Virus record (IMG/VR): IMGVR_UViG_3300005080_000001
Coordinates: 32,001-96,000 of that record
Strand: one strand, 5' to 3'
DNA length: 64,000 nucleotides
Origin: a virus
Taxonomy: Duplodnaviria; Caudoviricetes
Part shown: positions 9,461-19,176 of the stretch, one piece after another
Position numbering within the stretch: position 1 is the first letter of the stretch
Layout: every line of letters begins with the position of its first letter
Program-made: the position numbers and the translations under genes
The notes under the pieces: model-generated
Databases searched by the model: none
The model's input: the letters and a program-made list of their open reading frames with translations, nothing else
Told to the model about the DNA's origin: nothing

Positions 9461-9793
9461 ATGACTAGGCTAGAAGAGTTTGGTAAACACATCAAAGAAC
9501 TAAGGGAATTAAACGGATTTAAGAGCCAGAGAAGTCTCGCTGACACTCTTGGAGTTTCAAATGCTACGATCGCTAGAATCGAAAGAGGAGAAGTAGAGGC
9601 TAGTGTTGAGACAATCAAAAAGATGGCAGAAGTGTTTCATATGGATTATATGGATTTAGTGGCAAAGCAGGATATTGTTCTTAAGTCTGGAAGTGAATTA
9701 TTAAATGAGAAAATCCAAAAGTTAAGCAAGGCTCAAGTTGAGATAGTTAATAGCATGGTAGATGAGTTCCTTAGATTAAGCAAGAAGATATAG
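9461..9793 (+). CDS. Xre-family HTH transcriptional regulator
   Basis: IKELRE..SQRSLADTLGVSNATIARIERGE HTH; promoter TTGACA-17-TATAAT at 9381-9409. Confidence 0.9.
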   Translation: MTRLEEFGKHIKELRELNGFKSQRSLADTLGVSNATIARIERGEVEASVETIKKMAEVFHMDYMDLVAKQDIVLKSGSELLNEKIQKLSKAQVEIVNSMVDEFLRLSKKI

Positions 9794-9805
9794 GAGGGTT
9801 TAAAA

Positions 9806-10210
9806 ATGGGGATTGAAGTTGTAGAGGAAAACTTATTATTTATGATTGATATGAAAAATAAGGAATACAAGAAGCTACAAGTATTGGACATCGATGACAA
9901 TATGGATATCGAAATTGTCGAGGAGGCAGTTAAGCCTTTTGTAAATAAGTATGAAGAGCAATTAAAGCAGGGCATGTGGTTATTTACTGCAGACAAATTA
10001 TCTAATGGGGAATACGATGCTACATACAAGATATCGTATGCAGAATGGTTACTTGCATCAGAGAACTTCAAAGAGCATCCGTACTCTTACGATATTACCG
10101 ATGCTAATGAAAAAGTTGTGTTTAATCACGTTGTAAATGGAAATAGCGTGGAGTCTTATGGAATGCTTGTTTACGAAGCAATTAACCCAAAGGAAATGGA
10201 TTTACCATAA
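9806..10210 (+). CDS. Hypothetical protein
   Basis: AGGAGG RBS; ORF. Confidence 0.7.
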   Translation: MGIEVVEENLLFMIDMKNKEYKKLQVLDIDDNMDIEIVEEAVKPFVNKYEEQLKQGMWLFTADKLSNGEYDATYKISYAEWLLASENFKEHPYSYDITDANEKVVFNHVVNGNSVESYGMLVYEAINPKEMDLP

Positions 10211-10658
10211 AATTTCACGCACCATATTTAAACTTCTTAAGAAAATAAGAGAGGAGTTAGGGTATTGGAGGACTGGGAACTATTTAAGCGTTGGCTAGAA
10301 CTAGAGGGAATTGATATAATTATGCTATCTTGGGAACAAACGCAAATTCAGTTTAAGGATTTTGAAAATGAAAAAAAGCAAAACTCTTTTAGCTATAGAA
10401 GAGCATTAAATAATTAATAATATCAGAGTTTTATTAGGAGGCTAGTCTAGTGTCGGTACGAAGAGCAGGACGAAGAAGAGCAGGAGACCCATGGAGAAGT
10501 ACGAGTAGTACACAGGGCGCATCTAGAGCAAGTCAAATATACAGCTATAGTTCCCCAAAGGTATCGTTAGAATGTGAGAAATTATCCAAAGAGGAATTAG
10601 CGAATCTTAGTGGCGAAGTAAAAACTTACAAGCTAGAAGAACTGGAGGAGCGAAAGAA

Positions 10659-11324
10659 ATGACAGGAATTAAAGATAAGTTTAATCTAACGCTAGAACAA
10701 AATATCTTTCTGGCAAAGAAGACATTAGTTGAGAACGTCTATAATAGTGCAAGACTTGAGGGTGTTAACGTAACATTCCCAGAGACAAAGGTAATTATGG
10801 ATGGCATGGTTGTATCTGGTATCAGTGTTGATGATTTACAGATTATCTTAAATCTAAGAAATGCTTGGAAGCATGTACTAAATACTATTAACGAAGATAT
10901 GAGCCTTGAGTTCGCATGCAAGGTTAATGGCTTTGTATCATACAATGAGAGCCTTGACTGGGGTAAGTTGAGATATGGGAATGTTGGGATCAGTGGAGTA
11001 AGCTACAAGCCAGAGATTCCAAAAGAAGAGAATGTGCTTAAGGATATTAATGAGATACTTTCTTCTGACGATTCAATTACTCACAAAGCAATTAAATACA
11101 TGTTGTACGGAATGAGAAGTCAATTGTTCTGGGACGGTAATAAGAGAACAAGTACATTATGTGCAAACAAGATTCTAATCAAGCATGGTAAAGGATTAAT
11201 AAGCATACCAGAAGCTAAGTTGCCAGAGTTCCATGAACGACTTTCAGCATTCTATGAGACAAACGATTACAGCAAAATTGATATGTTTATATACAATGAA
11301 TGCTTATATGGAATTGAATTTTAA
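10659..11324 (+). CDS. Fic/Doc family protein (non-canonical motif)
   Basis: SARLEG N-terminal motif; QLFWDGNKRTS versus HPFxDGNGRxxR. Confidence 0.85.
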   Translation: MTGIKDKFNLTLEQNIFLAKKTLVENVYNSARLEGVNVTFPETKVIMDGMVVSGISVDDLQIILNLRNAWKHVLNTINEDMSLEFACKVNGFVSYNESLDWGKLRYGNVGISGVSYKPEIPKEENVLKDINEILSSDDSITHKAIKYMLYGMRSQLFWDGNKRTSTLCANKILIKHGKGLISIPEAKLPEFHERLSAFYETNDYSKIDMFIYNECLYGIEF

Positions 11325-11439
11325 ATTTATTGTGGATTATGTGTTGACACACGGCACGTAATCCACTATACTTTAAATTATTACCTCAATAGTAATAAAG
11401 TATTGAAGTAAATAAACTTACATAGGGGAGTTGTTATAA

Positions 11440-12381
11440 ATGGCAGATATTAAAAAGCTTGAAGATAAAGTGGTAAATGCAGAAGCAAAGGTTGAAAAGT
11501 GTAAAGGTACAATTGAAAGACATAAGAAGCAACTTGATAAGAAGATACAAAAGGTAATCAAGGAAGTAGGCTTGGACTTAACTGGTAAAAGTAAGGAAGA
11601 GATTGACGAACTTCGTGAGCCTTATAGAACAACAGAGCATTCTTGGACGATTTATGAAGTAGTTAATAAGCTTGATGATATTAAAGGTGCTGAGAAGAAG
11701 CTAGGTGAAGCTGAACATATTCTTGCAAACTGGAGAGAGAAACTTGATATCGAGGTTAACCGTGAAAAGTTCATTCAAGAGAACGCTCCAAAGGTGATCG
11801 TGGAATTCTTAGAAGAGTGGAAGAAGTTAGCATACGAGTGGTATATTAAACGATACAATGATTATCAAGAATTTAAGAATAAGCTGAGAGTAAAACATGA
11901 TAAAGAGATTATATCGTTTGTAAAATCCCATCCAGAAGATTTTGAAAGATACTTGGAAGACGGAGAGATTGCAAGTTACTGGGCGAACAGCCTAGGTAAT
12001 ATCCATGGAGCAGGATTGAAAAAGCATATGGAAGAGAAGGGCTTAGATTATAGCAGTATGAATGAGAAGAAGGCTAACTTCGCAGGTGGAGCAGTAATGT
12101 ACATGGATAGCATCTACGATGAAGAGAAACGACTAGTATGGCTAGAGGATACACTTGAGCAAGAGAGAAAGGCAAAACTATTAGACCTAATCTTCCGTAT
12201 CAGCAAAGTAGTTGGGGAGATTGAAGATGCTACATACCTAAAAATAAATGAGAAGGGTAATCTTGACGGGTTTGTAATTGGTGACAAAGGAAAGGCTCGT
12301 GTCGAAACAATTGGAGCAGGCGGTTGGAATATCCAGTGTTGGCACTACAGAACATTAGTAAAACCAGTTAAAGAGGCATAA
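11440..12381 (+). CDS. Coiled-coil hypothetical phage protein
   Basis: Long ORF; C-terminal ETIGAGGWNIQCWHYRTLV. Confidence 0.8.
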   Translation: MADIKKLEDKVVNAEAKVEKCKGTIERHKKQLDKKIQKVIKEVGLDLTGKSKEEIDELREPYRTTEHSWTIYEVVNKLDDIKGAEKKLGEAEHILANWREKLDIEVNREKFIQENAPKVIVEFLEEWKKLAYEWYIKRYNDYQEFKNKLRVKHDKEIISFVKSHPEDFERYLEDGEIASYWANSLGNIHGAGLKKHMEEKGLDYSSMNEKKANFAGGAVMYMDSIYDEEKRLVWLEDTLEQERKAKLLDLIFRISKVVGEIEDATYLKINEKGNLDGFVIGDKGKARVETIGAGGWNIQCWHYRTLVKPVKEA

Positions 12382-12474
12382 GTAAGCGATGGGTGTTGAC
12401 TTTACCGACAGCACCCATTATATTTGAAATAATACTTCAATACTATTAAAGTAAAGAGGATGAGGAGAAGCGTT

Positions 12475-13257
12475 ATGAATATTGAACAGATTTTTATGGA
12501 TTGTCACGGGGCTATTTCCATGGCAGATGTAGTTTCACTTGAAGATATCTATTTTAGCAAATCACTGGTTGAGCAGTTTGGACTCCCAGAAAGTCCAGAT
12601 GAATTTGTAGATTATCTTGGAATTAATCTATCAGATGTTTACTTAAATGAAGGAAGCTTCTTTAATCGATTTTCATATGTGAAGGGCTTTGTAATGGTTG
12701 ATATTCCTTCATTTGAGTTAGAACACTTAAAGACATTTATGGTCAAGGAACGTATTGAATATATATCTGGTGTCATGAATAAGCTACTAGACGAAGGGAA
12801 GTGGGGTTCTATTTTCTCACTCATGGAAAAGAAGCTTTTACTCCCTAAGTTTGTGGAAATTTATCGTGAGATCCCAGAAGATAAGATTGTAGATATCTTC
12901 TCAGAATTATGGGTGCGATCAGAATTCGGATTTGATATGATTACCGAGGATATAATCAAATATGTATATAGCTTTAAAGAGCAATCAGAAAGCTACAGAG
13001 AACGCAGAGAGAGACTTTTGAAGCTGGCAGATAGTAATGGGTATCTAACTGTTTATCATGGTGATACAACAGAAGGAGTTAATGATGACTTATCATGGTC
13101 ACTAAGCGAAGAGACGGCTCAATGGTTTGCTAATCGATTCGATAACAATGGCGACATTATGAGTGCGAAAGTCTTAGTAGATGATGTTATTGATTACTTC
13201 GACTGGAGAGGCGAATCAGAGGTACTTATCTTTCCAAAGGATGTAAAACGTGAGTGA
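12475..13257 (+). CDS. Hypothetical protein with C-terminal ADP-ribosyltransferase-like motifs
   Basis: LTVYHG...LSWSLSEETAQWFA...GESEVL spacing resembles the R/H-S-ExE ART fold. Confidence 0.5.
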   Translation: MNIEQIFMDCHGAISMADVVSLEDIYFSKSLVEQFGLPESPDEFVDYLGINLSDVYLNEGSFFNRFSYVKGFVMVDIPSFELEHLKTFMVKERIEYISGVMNKLLDEGKWGSIFSLMEKKLLLPKFVEIYREIPEDKIVDIFSELWVRSEFGFDMITEDIIKYVYSFKEQSESYRERRERLLKLADSNGYLTVYHGDTTEGVNDDLSWSLSEETAQWFANRFDNNGDIMSAKVLVDDVIDYFDWRGESEVLIFPKDVKRE

Positions 13258-13356
13258 TTATCACGTTGGTAAATTATTCTTGACAAACACTTAATATCGA
13301 CCTATACTGACTTTACTGTATTTCTATACTAGTATTGAAGAAGAAGGGGATATTAA

Positions 13357-13605
13357 GTGTTCTATTTCCTTATGAATCCAAAAGGATATAAAAGCGGTTA
13401 TAGACAAAGTTTCAGTTATCAACCTAGCTTCCATCAGTGGTTGGAGTTTGCAAACCTATTTGTCTTTATGATGTGGATGGTTGATATATTATGTATGCTA
13501 TTTATGGTCAGTGGTTCTTTTAGAGCATTCTTGATATTGACTGTAGCGCAGATTGTAACTGGAGTTATATGTGCGTTCTTTGACCCAGAATATTACTACT
13601 GGTAG
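13357..13605 (+). CDS. Small two-TM membrane protein
   Basis: Two hydrophobic stretches; AAGGGG RBS. Confidence 0.6.
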   Translation: MFYFLMNPKGYKSGYRQSFSYQPSFHQWLEFANLFVFMMWMVDILCMLFMVSGSFRAFLILTVAQIVTGVICAFFDPEYYYW

Positions 13606-13682
13606 GGTGGTAATATTTTTATTGACTATCTACTTCAATACTATTATAGTAATGAATATAAAATATAGAGGAGTTGTTACAT

Positions 13683-14702
13683 ATGTTAGCAATGAGCAAT
13701 AAGATTACTCATATCAATGAAGACCAATTGGAGGTAGCAGAGGTGTATGAATCATTTTTAACATCTAATGCACGTAATTCTGAAAAGACAGCAGTCGAAT
13801 ACCAAAATAGGGTAGAAGAGTTCTTTCGTATCGTAATTTCTAAGGACATTAAATTTGTAACACTGGAAGATATCCAGAAAATCAAACATAGCCACGTTAA
13901 GATGTATGTAGGAGAATTAACTGATCGTGGGAATTCAGATAAGACAATCTCATCAAAGTTGTATACGGTAAAGAGTTTCTATAACGAAATGCTAAAGAAT
14001 GAGTTAAAAGTTAACCCAACAATCTTTAAGATTAAGCTGAATATAGAAGAGAAGCACCATGAGGCACTTTCGTTTGAGGAACTAGATGAGTTGTATCGAT
14101 TTATGTTAGAAGATGAAAAAGAGAAGAACCTTGAGAAGTATTTGCTCCTTAAAACACTATTCACTACTGGCAATCGTAGAAGCGCAACGTTCAAAATGAC
14201 TTGGAAAGATAGCTTCATGCAGAAGAGAGATGTTAGTACTGGTCAACAGGTTTGGGTTATTAGAATTCAAGATAAAGGGAAGAAGTGGTCTGAGAAGCCA
14301 ATCCCAGATGAGTTCTATGAGGAACTACAACAATTGAATCAAGGTCAAGATAAAGTATTCTCAATGTCTCCTATAACTATTGAGAGGGCATTAGAGAGGT
14401 TTTCTGAGAAGTTAGGTAAGAAGATTACAATGCATTCAATGAAAGCTACGGGAGTAACCTTAGGATATCAATTAACAAAAGACATCAATCTTTGTAAGCA
14501 ATATGCTTCTCACGCTGATATATCAACTACGGCAATCTACCTAAGAGAAGAGAAGTCATATGTAAATCAGTTAAGTTATAACATGTCCAGAAAACTTGAT
14601 GAGTCTAAATTACTAAATATGTCTCGTGACGAATTAATTGAGTTCATCATGAATAAAGATAATACAGACATCAAGAATTCAATCCTCTTGAGATTGGGTT
14701 AA
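13683..14702 (+). CDS. Tyrosine recombinase/integrase-family protein (SPbeta YopP-like position)
   Basis: SAM-like N-domain; TGNR, HSMK (HxxR variant) and SHADISTTAIY motifs. Confidence 0.88.
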   Translation: MLAMSNKITHINEDQLEVAEVYESFLTSNARNSEKTAVEYQNRVEEFFRIVISKDIKFVTLEDIQKIKHSHVKMYVGELTDRGNSDKTISSKLYTVKSFYNEMLKNELKVNPTIFKIKLNIEEKHHEALSFEELDELYRFMLEDEKEKNLEKYLLLKTLFTTGNRRSATFKMTWKDSFMQKRDVSTGQQVWVIRIQDKGKKWSEKPIPDEFYEELQQLNQGQDKVFSMSPITIERALERFSEKLGKKITMHSMKATGVTLGYQLTKDINLCKQYASHADISTTAIYLREEKSYVNQLSYNMSRKLDESKLLNMSRDELIEFIMNKDNTDIKNSILLRLG

Positions 14703-14849
14703 ATCCTAATTTCAAGAGGTTCAAAAGTTTGTTAAACAAAAGTATTGACAATTATATTGTATTTAACTATACTTAGAGTATAAATAATTGTTGATTCGAA
14801 AGCTTATGTTTAAGCAAAAGTTTTGCATTTATTTTAAGGAGGCTACAAA

Positions 14850-15089
14850 TTGAATATCGAGATCAGTAAGAAATGGCAGTTAGACATTGTAGATGGCGGT
14901 CACGGTTCGTTAACTGAAAGCCTCCGTACTGGAGGAAAGCAGATATATGAGGTGTTCGTTGGATATGACAATTATGTCTATGTATCAGAGGCAAACAAAA
15001 GCAACATTGGTCACGGGATTATGCCTAAGACAGTCCGCAGTAAAATTGGTTCAGCATTTAAAAAATATCGTAAAAATAGAGGGAGTTAA
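14850..15089 (+). CDS. Hypothetical protein
   Basis: AAGGAGG RBS; preceded by paired family A motifs. Confidence 0.65.
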   Translation: MNIEISKKWQLDIVDGGHGSLTESLRTGGKQIYEVFVGYDNYVYVSEANKSNIGHGIMPKTVRSKIGSAFKKYRKNRGS

Positions 15090-15094
15090 TAACA

Positions 15095-15511
15095 ATGAGA
15101 GACATTCTAAATTTAAAGACTTTAAAACGTAGCAAATTACCAAAGCATAAAACAATTTATAAAAAGGCTCACCGATTAATAAATGAAGATTATGCAACTC
15201 CAGATTTAACTGACGAAGAGATTCTTGAGATTGCAAAAGATTTTCCAACATTATCAGTTAATATACTCGTTGGTGGGGATATTAGTATTAAGAGTATTGT
15301 CGACAGTTGGATCATTAGAGATGAGGGAAGATTCTATACTCTTTATCATAGTGCGATGGTATCTGACAATGGACGATACAAAGAGCGTTTTCATCTGCAA
15401 GATGTGTTTAAGGACTTAAACTATATTTTTGCAAGTGTCGTTAGCCATGATGATTTTGCAATGGGAATTCAGAGGCGAAATGAATACGATGTCTTGGATA
15501 TGATATCGTAA
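15095..15511 (+). CDS. Hypothetical protein
   Basis: GGGAG RBS; ORF. Confidence 0.7.
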   Translation: MRDILNLKTLKRSKLPKHKTIYKKAHRLINEDYATPDLTDEEILEIAKDFPTLSVNILVGGDISIKSIVDSWIIRDEGRFYTLYHSAMVSDNGRYKERFHLQDVFKDLNYIFASVVSHDDFAMGIQRRNEYDVLDMIS

Positions 15512-15727
15512 AAACGTTGATATAACAATATTTATGAAGGAGTTGACAAAAATGAGAAAGACAAGAAAAAAATAACAATTTATTAAAAAAAAGTGTTGCA
15601 ATTAACCATTTTATGTATTAATATTAGAGGCAGATAGGGAATACGAGTTGTCCAAAAAAGAATGACATACATAAGTAATTATAGAAAATATCATAGCAAA
15701 CTTATAATTCACAGGGGGAGATTTATA

Positions 15728-17044
15728 ATGACGACTAATATTAATTTTGAAAAGGTTGAAGAGGTATCTGCTAAACTTGATTCCACATTAAATGGGATCA
15801 GCCATATATCAGTATTAAAAGATAGGTTCGAAAATGCTTTGAATGAAGTAATTAGTTCTGATAAAGTTAAAGAAATTCTAGATAGTAAATCAATTAAAAA
15901 CTTAAATCCAGATGAGACAATATCTTTCTTTAGAGTTATATTTAATCAAATCAAAGACGAATCATTTAATCCAACTAATTTTATAATAGAAGAAAAACCT
16001 AAAACTATAAAGAAACCTAAAAATGAATCAGAAGCTGAAAAGAATAGATTAAAGAAACTAAAAGCAATTAATAACTCAAATGTATTTCATCCTAAATTTA
16101 AAGACAAATTCTTAGCTGAACATCGCAATGCTGATGGTAATCCATATGCTGATGAGACAAAAAGGGTAGCGGTTATCCTTTTTGGTAAAGTAGGCGTTAT
16201 TGAAAAACATTATAATAAAGATATCTATGACTTTAATGCAGACCAATTCGAAGAGGTTTTAGTATCTCTTAAGGCAAGTACAATTAGAAGCCTTCAAAAT
16301 TCTATCTCTACTTTAGAACAATATATAGACTTTGCAATTGCAAATGATAAAACTAAAAAAGGCAATGTAGCTACTCAATATAATAATAGGAAAGAAATAT
16401 CACAATTCTTAAATAAACAAGCAGAAGAGAATATGTTCTTCTCAAAACATGATATTAATACACTTGCTGAATATGCTGAAAATGCTCAAGATGGAGTAAT
16501 ACTTAACTTAATTTTTGATGGAATTAGCCATAAGAATAAATTTATTGAATTAATCAACCTTAAAATTGATGATGTAGACTTTGATAACATGGTTATTAAT
16601 GTACCAGAATTAACAGATACAGTAACTGGAGAGATTTTCCCTCCAAGACAAGTTCCTATGTCTGAGTCTACAGCTAGAACAATTAGACAGGCAATGAACT
16701 TTGAAGAGAAGTATGTGAGTCTTAATGGTAACTCTAGCCGTAGATATGCGATTGCTCAAAGTGAATATATCTTAAGAGGTCTTCGTAAGAACTACCAGAT
16801 TAAATGGGAAAATGTTAACCAAAGAATACTTCGTATCGCAAATATAAATGATGAAGAGTTTTTAAATGCAACTAATATTGCATATAGTGGTCAAGTTCAT
16901 TATGCTAAAGAGCAAATGCAAGCAGGTTACAGCATGGATGAAGCAATTAGATATGTTATTAATCGTTTTAATATGAGTGACAATACATCAACTTATTTCT
17001 ACATTAAGCATCGCCTAGAAACTGCAAATAAAGTGCTTTCTTAA
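15728..17044 (+). CDS. MrpR/YopR-like phage repressor (catalytically degenerate tyrosine-recombinase fold)
   Basis: KDIYDFN...STIRSL..SISTLEQYIDFAI and NAQDGVILNLIFDGI..ELINLK match SPbeta YopR/MrpR as recalled; catalytic R and HxxR absent; an Xre gene follows, as with yopR-yopS. Confidence 0.75.
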   Translation: MTTNINFEKVEEVSAKLDSTLNGISHISVLKDRFENALNEVISSDKVKEILDSKSIKNLNPDETISFFRVIFNQIKDESFNPTNFIIEEKPKTIKKPKNESEAEKNRLKKLKAINNSNVFHPKFKDKFLAEHRNADGNPYADETKRVAVILFGKVGVIEKHYNKDIYDFNADQFEEVLVSLKASTIRSLQNSISTLEQYIDFAIANDKTKKGNVATQYNNRKEISQFLNKQAEENMFFSKHDINTLAEYAENAQDGVILNLIFDGISHKNKFIELINLKIDDVDFDNMVINVPELTDTVTGEIFPPRQVPMSESTARTIRQAMNFEEKYVSLNGNSSRRYAIAQSEYILRGLRKNYQIKWENVNQRILRIANINDEEFLNATNIAYSGQVHYAKEQMQAGYSMDEAIRYVINRFNMSDNTSTYFYIKHRLETANKVLS

Positions 17045-17338
17045 TATAATATTGGATTTCTATAATCATCCCTACACGGTTACATCCTAGCCTGTAGGGA
17101 TTACTACTTTATATGGTTTATTTTACAATACAAGGATGTAACACCATTAATTACAATGGAAATAATTACATTAAAAATATGACGGATATTCTATTGAATA
17201 TTGTTTCTTACAATAGTATAGTGAAAAAGTGGTCAACATCCAGTTTATTTTTTCTCAATGAGTCATCTCGGAGATGAATTATTCATCTGACAGATGGGCA
17301 TACTGCAAATGCGCTAGAGCAAGAATTGAGTTAAGGAT

Positions 17339-17713
17339 GTGTTATTGTTGAAGGTTGAAATTGGTGAGTATCTCAGATTGAAGAGATTAGAAAAGAGACG
17401 AACCCTTGGAGATATAGCTTCCAAAGTCGGTGTTTCAGCTAATTACATCTCAGAAATCGAAAAGGGGATGAAGAACAACCCTTCCGATGAAATCATCGTA
17501 AAATTAGCCGAAATTTTCAATATCAATGAAGATGACTTGTTCCAAGGTTTTGATAGAACACCGTTGTCTGTAAGAAATGAAATTAAGGCACATCCTAGTT
17601 TAGCCAAGGCACTGTCTGAATTAAACCATGACGATACCATTGACCAAAAGCAGAAAGAGGAATTTTATAATAAACTGGTCTACTGGTATAAGAAAATAAC
17701 AGAAGACAGCTAG
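17339..17713 (+). CDS. Xre-family HTH regulator (YopS-like position)
   Basis: TLGDIASKVGVSANYISEIEKG..NPSD. Confidence 0.9.
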   Translation: MLLLKVEIGEYLRLKRLEKRRTLGDIASKVGVSANYISEIEKGMKNNPSDEIIVKLAEIFNINEDDLFQGFDRTPLSVRNEIKAHPSLAKALSELNHDDTIDQKQKEEFYNKLVYWYKKITEDS

Positions 17714-17733
17714 GAAGAGGTGTATTGTAAATA

Positions 17734-18126
17734 ATGTCTGTTCTAGAAATTATAGAAGCTAGGCACTTCGCAATCGCAGTAGCGTACTTCCTTTTGGGAG
17801 GACTTGGATTCGCTTATTTTTTAACATGGTTACTTAGAAATAAGATTAAAATAGATCATGAACTAAATAGTGGCGATACTATTCGTTTAACCGATAAACT
17901 CGGTAGAATATGGATTATTTGCAATCCTTCAAATTTAGTACAGCTTACAAACGCTATAATATTGTCATTCAGCAAAAACGGTAGTGGAAAGGTCATCGAC
18001 AAGCAGACCAAGAGGAGAACAAGAGTCATAGCGATGCTTATTTTCTGGTCGTTGGCATTGTTACTAACATTGGCACTGTGGTTTACATTGGATGCAATAG
18101 AGTATGATGACCCTAACATACCGTGA
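17734..18126 (+). CDS. Two-TM membrane protein
   Basis: Hydrophobic helices at N- and C-termini. Confidence 0.65.
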   Translation: MSVLEIIEARHFAIAVAYFLLGGLGFAYFLTWLLRNKIKIDHELNSGDTIRLTDKLGRIWIICNPSNLVQLTNAIILSFSKNGSGKVIDKQTKRRTRVIAMLIFWSLALLLTLALWFTLDAIEYDDPNIP

Positions 18127-18156
18127 TTAGCTTTACATATAAATAGCACTACACTT

Positions 18157-18203
18157 CCTTTATAAATGGCTTGTTCGACATGCAACAAGCCATTTATAAA
18201 GGA
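18157..18203. terminator. Long hairpin, probable terminator
   Basis: CCTTTATAAATGGCTTGTT...AACAAGCCATTTTATAAAGG. Confidence 0.55.
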
Positions 18204-18267
18204 GTCTAAAGCAAAAGTTTTAAAATACGTAATTTTTCGTAACATTAATGTAATAAATAAAAGAAAA

Positions 18268-18339
18268 TGCAAAACTTTTGTTTGACATTTAGGCGGATTT
18301 AGAAGTATAATAAGATACCGAAACAAGAACAGATGTTCT
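18268..18339 (+). promoter_or_regulatory. Consensus sigmaA promoter with LexA (Cheo) box and inverted family A motif
   Basis: TTGACA 18282-87, TATAAT 18306-11; AGAACAGATGTTCT 18326-39; TGCAAAACTTTTGTTT at 18268-83 is the reverse complement of motif A. Confidence 0.75.
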
Positions 18340-18404
18340 GTTTCTATCGAATACATATATAAAAATAAGAGGTTTGTAAAACATTGAAGAGGGGAAAATT
18401 AAAT

Positions 18405-18893
18405 ATGAAAAACTTCACAATTAGCAACGTTAAAGGCATGGAAGGCTTCGAGGCATTAACACAGGAGAAAGTAAGTGTTGAAAATTTATTGGTTCAAAAG
18501 TGCAATGAGCAACAAAGCAAGATCTCTGGTTTTATTGAAACCAGACGTGAAGTATTGCATACAGAGTTCGATAGACAAGCATGTCGTGAGTATCTTGAAT
18601 TAGTACCCTCATATGTTCAAGGAAATGAGTTTTTCCGAAAGATGATGCGTGTCATTATGCAGAAGATTTCCCGTGATTTCGTCCGTGAAGGATGGGTAGA
18701 TAGCTTGGTGGAAAATGCAAAAATGAAGCTAGAGATATTTGGCGGTGACATCACGAAGACGATTGACCATTATGAAGCGTACTACACATGCGGAAAGCTT
18801 TGCCCAGTAGCGCAAACATGGCGAGAAAGATTAGAAGAATTAGAGAAAGGTATGGTAATTTACAATGAACCAAATCCAAGCAAAGCAGTATGA
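18405..18893 (+). CDS. Hypothetical protein, first gene after the LexA-box promoter
   Basis: GAGGGG RBS; ORF. Confidence 0.75.
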   Translation: MKNFTISNVKGMEGFEALTQEKVSVENLLVQKCNEQQSKISGFIETRREVLHTEFDRQACREYLELVPSYVQGNEFFRKMMRVIMQKISRDFVREGWVDSLVENAKMKLEIFGGDITKTIDHYEAYYTCGKLCPVAQTWRERLEELEKGMVIYNEPNPSKAV

Positions 18894-19176
18894 TCTCGAT
18901 GCATTAGAAGAACTAGATGATATGATTGAAAATGCAAAACTAGAATTGCAAAAATCTATCTCTCTAGTAATTCTCAATGTAAATGTTGAAGAAGCATTTG
19001 CAGGCACATTGTCTGCGATGAGTGAAATTAAAGCAATTGCACAGAGAATTAAGTCTAGTGATGTGATGACTATAGCATCTGAAAAGATTGCTTTATACTC
19101 AATTCACTTCGATGAGACAATCAAACAGGTACAAGTTGCAAACATTAAACTAAAACAATTTGGAGGCATTCTATGA
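18865..19176 (+). CDS. Hypothetical helical protein
   Basis: Overlaps both neighbours (translational coupling). Confidence 0.65.
   Translation: MNQIQAKQYDLDALEELDDMIENAKLELQKSISLVILNVNVEEAFAGTLSAMSEIKAIAQRIKSSDVMTIASEKIALYSIHFDETIKQVQVANIKLKQFGGIL

Noticed and set aside
13683-18126. Arbitrium aimR/aimP
   Set aside because: No TPR receptor or adjacent signal-peptide gene is seen in this window
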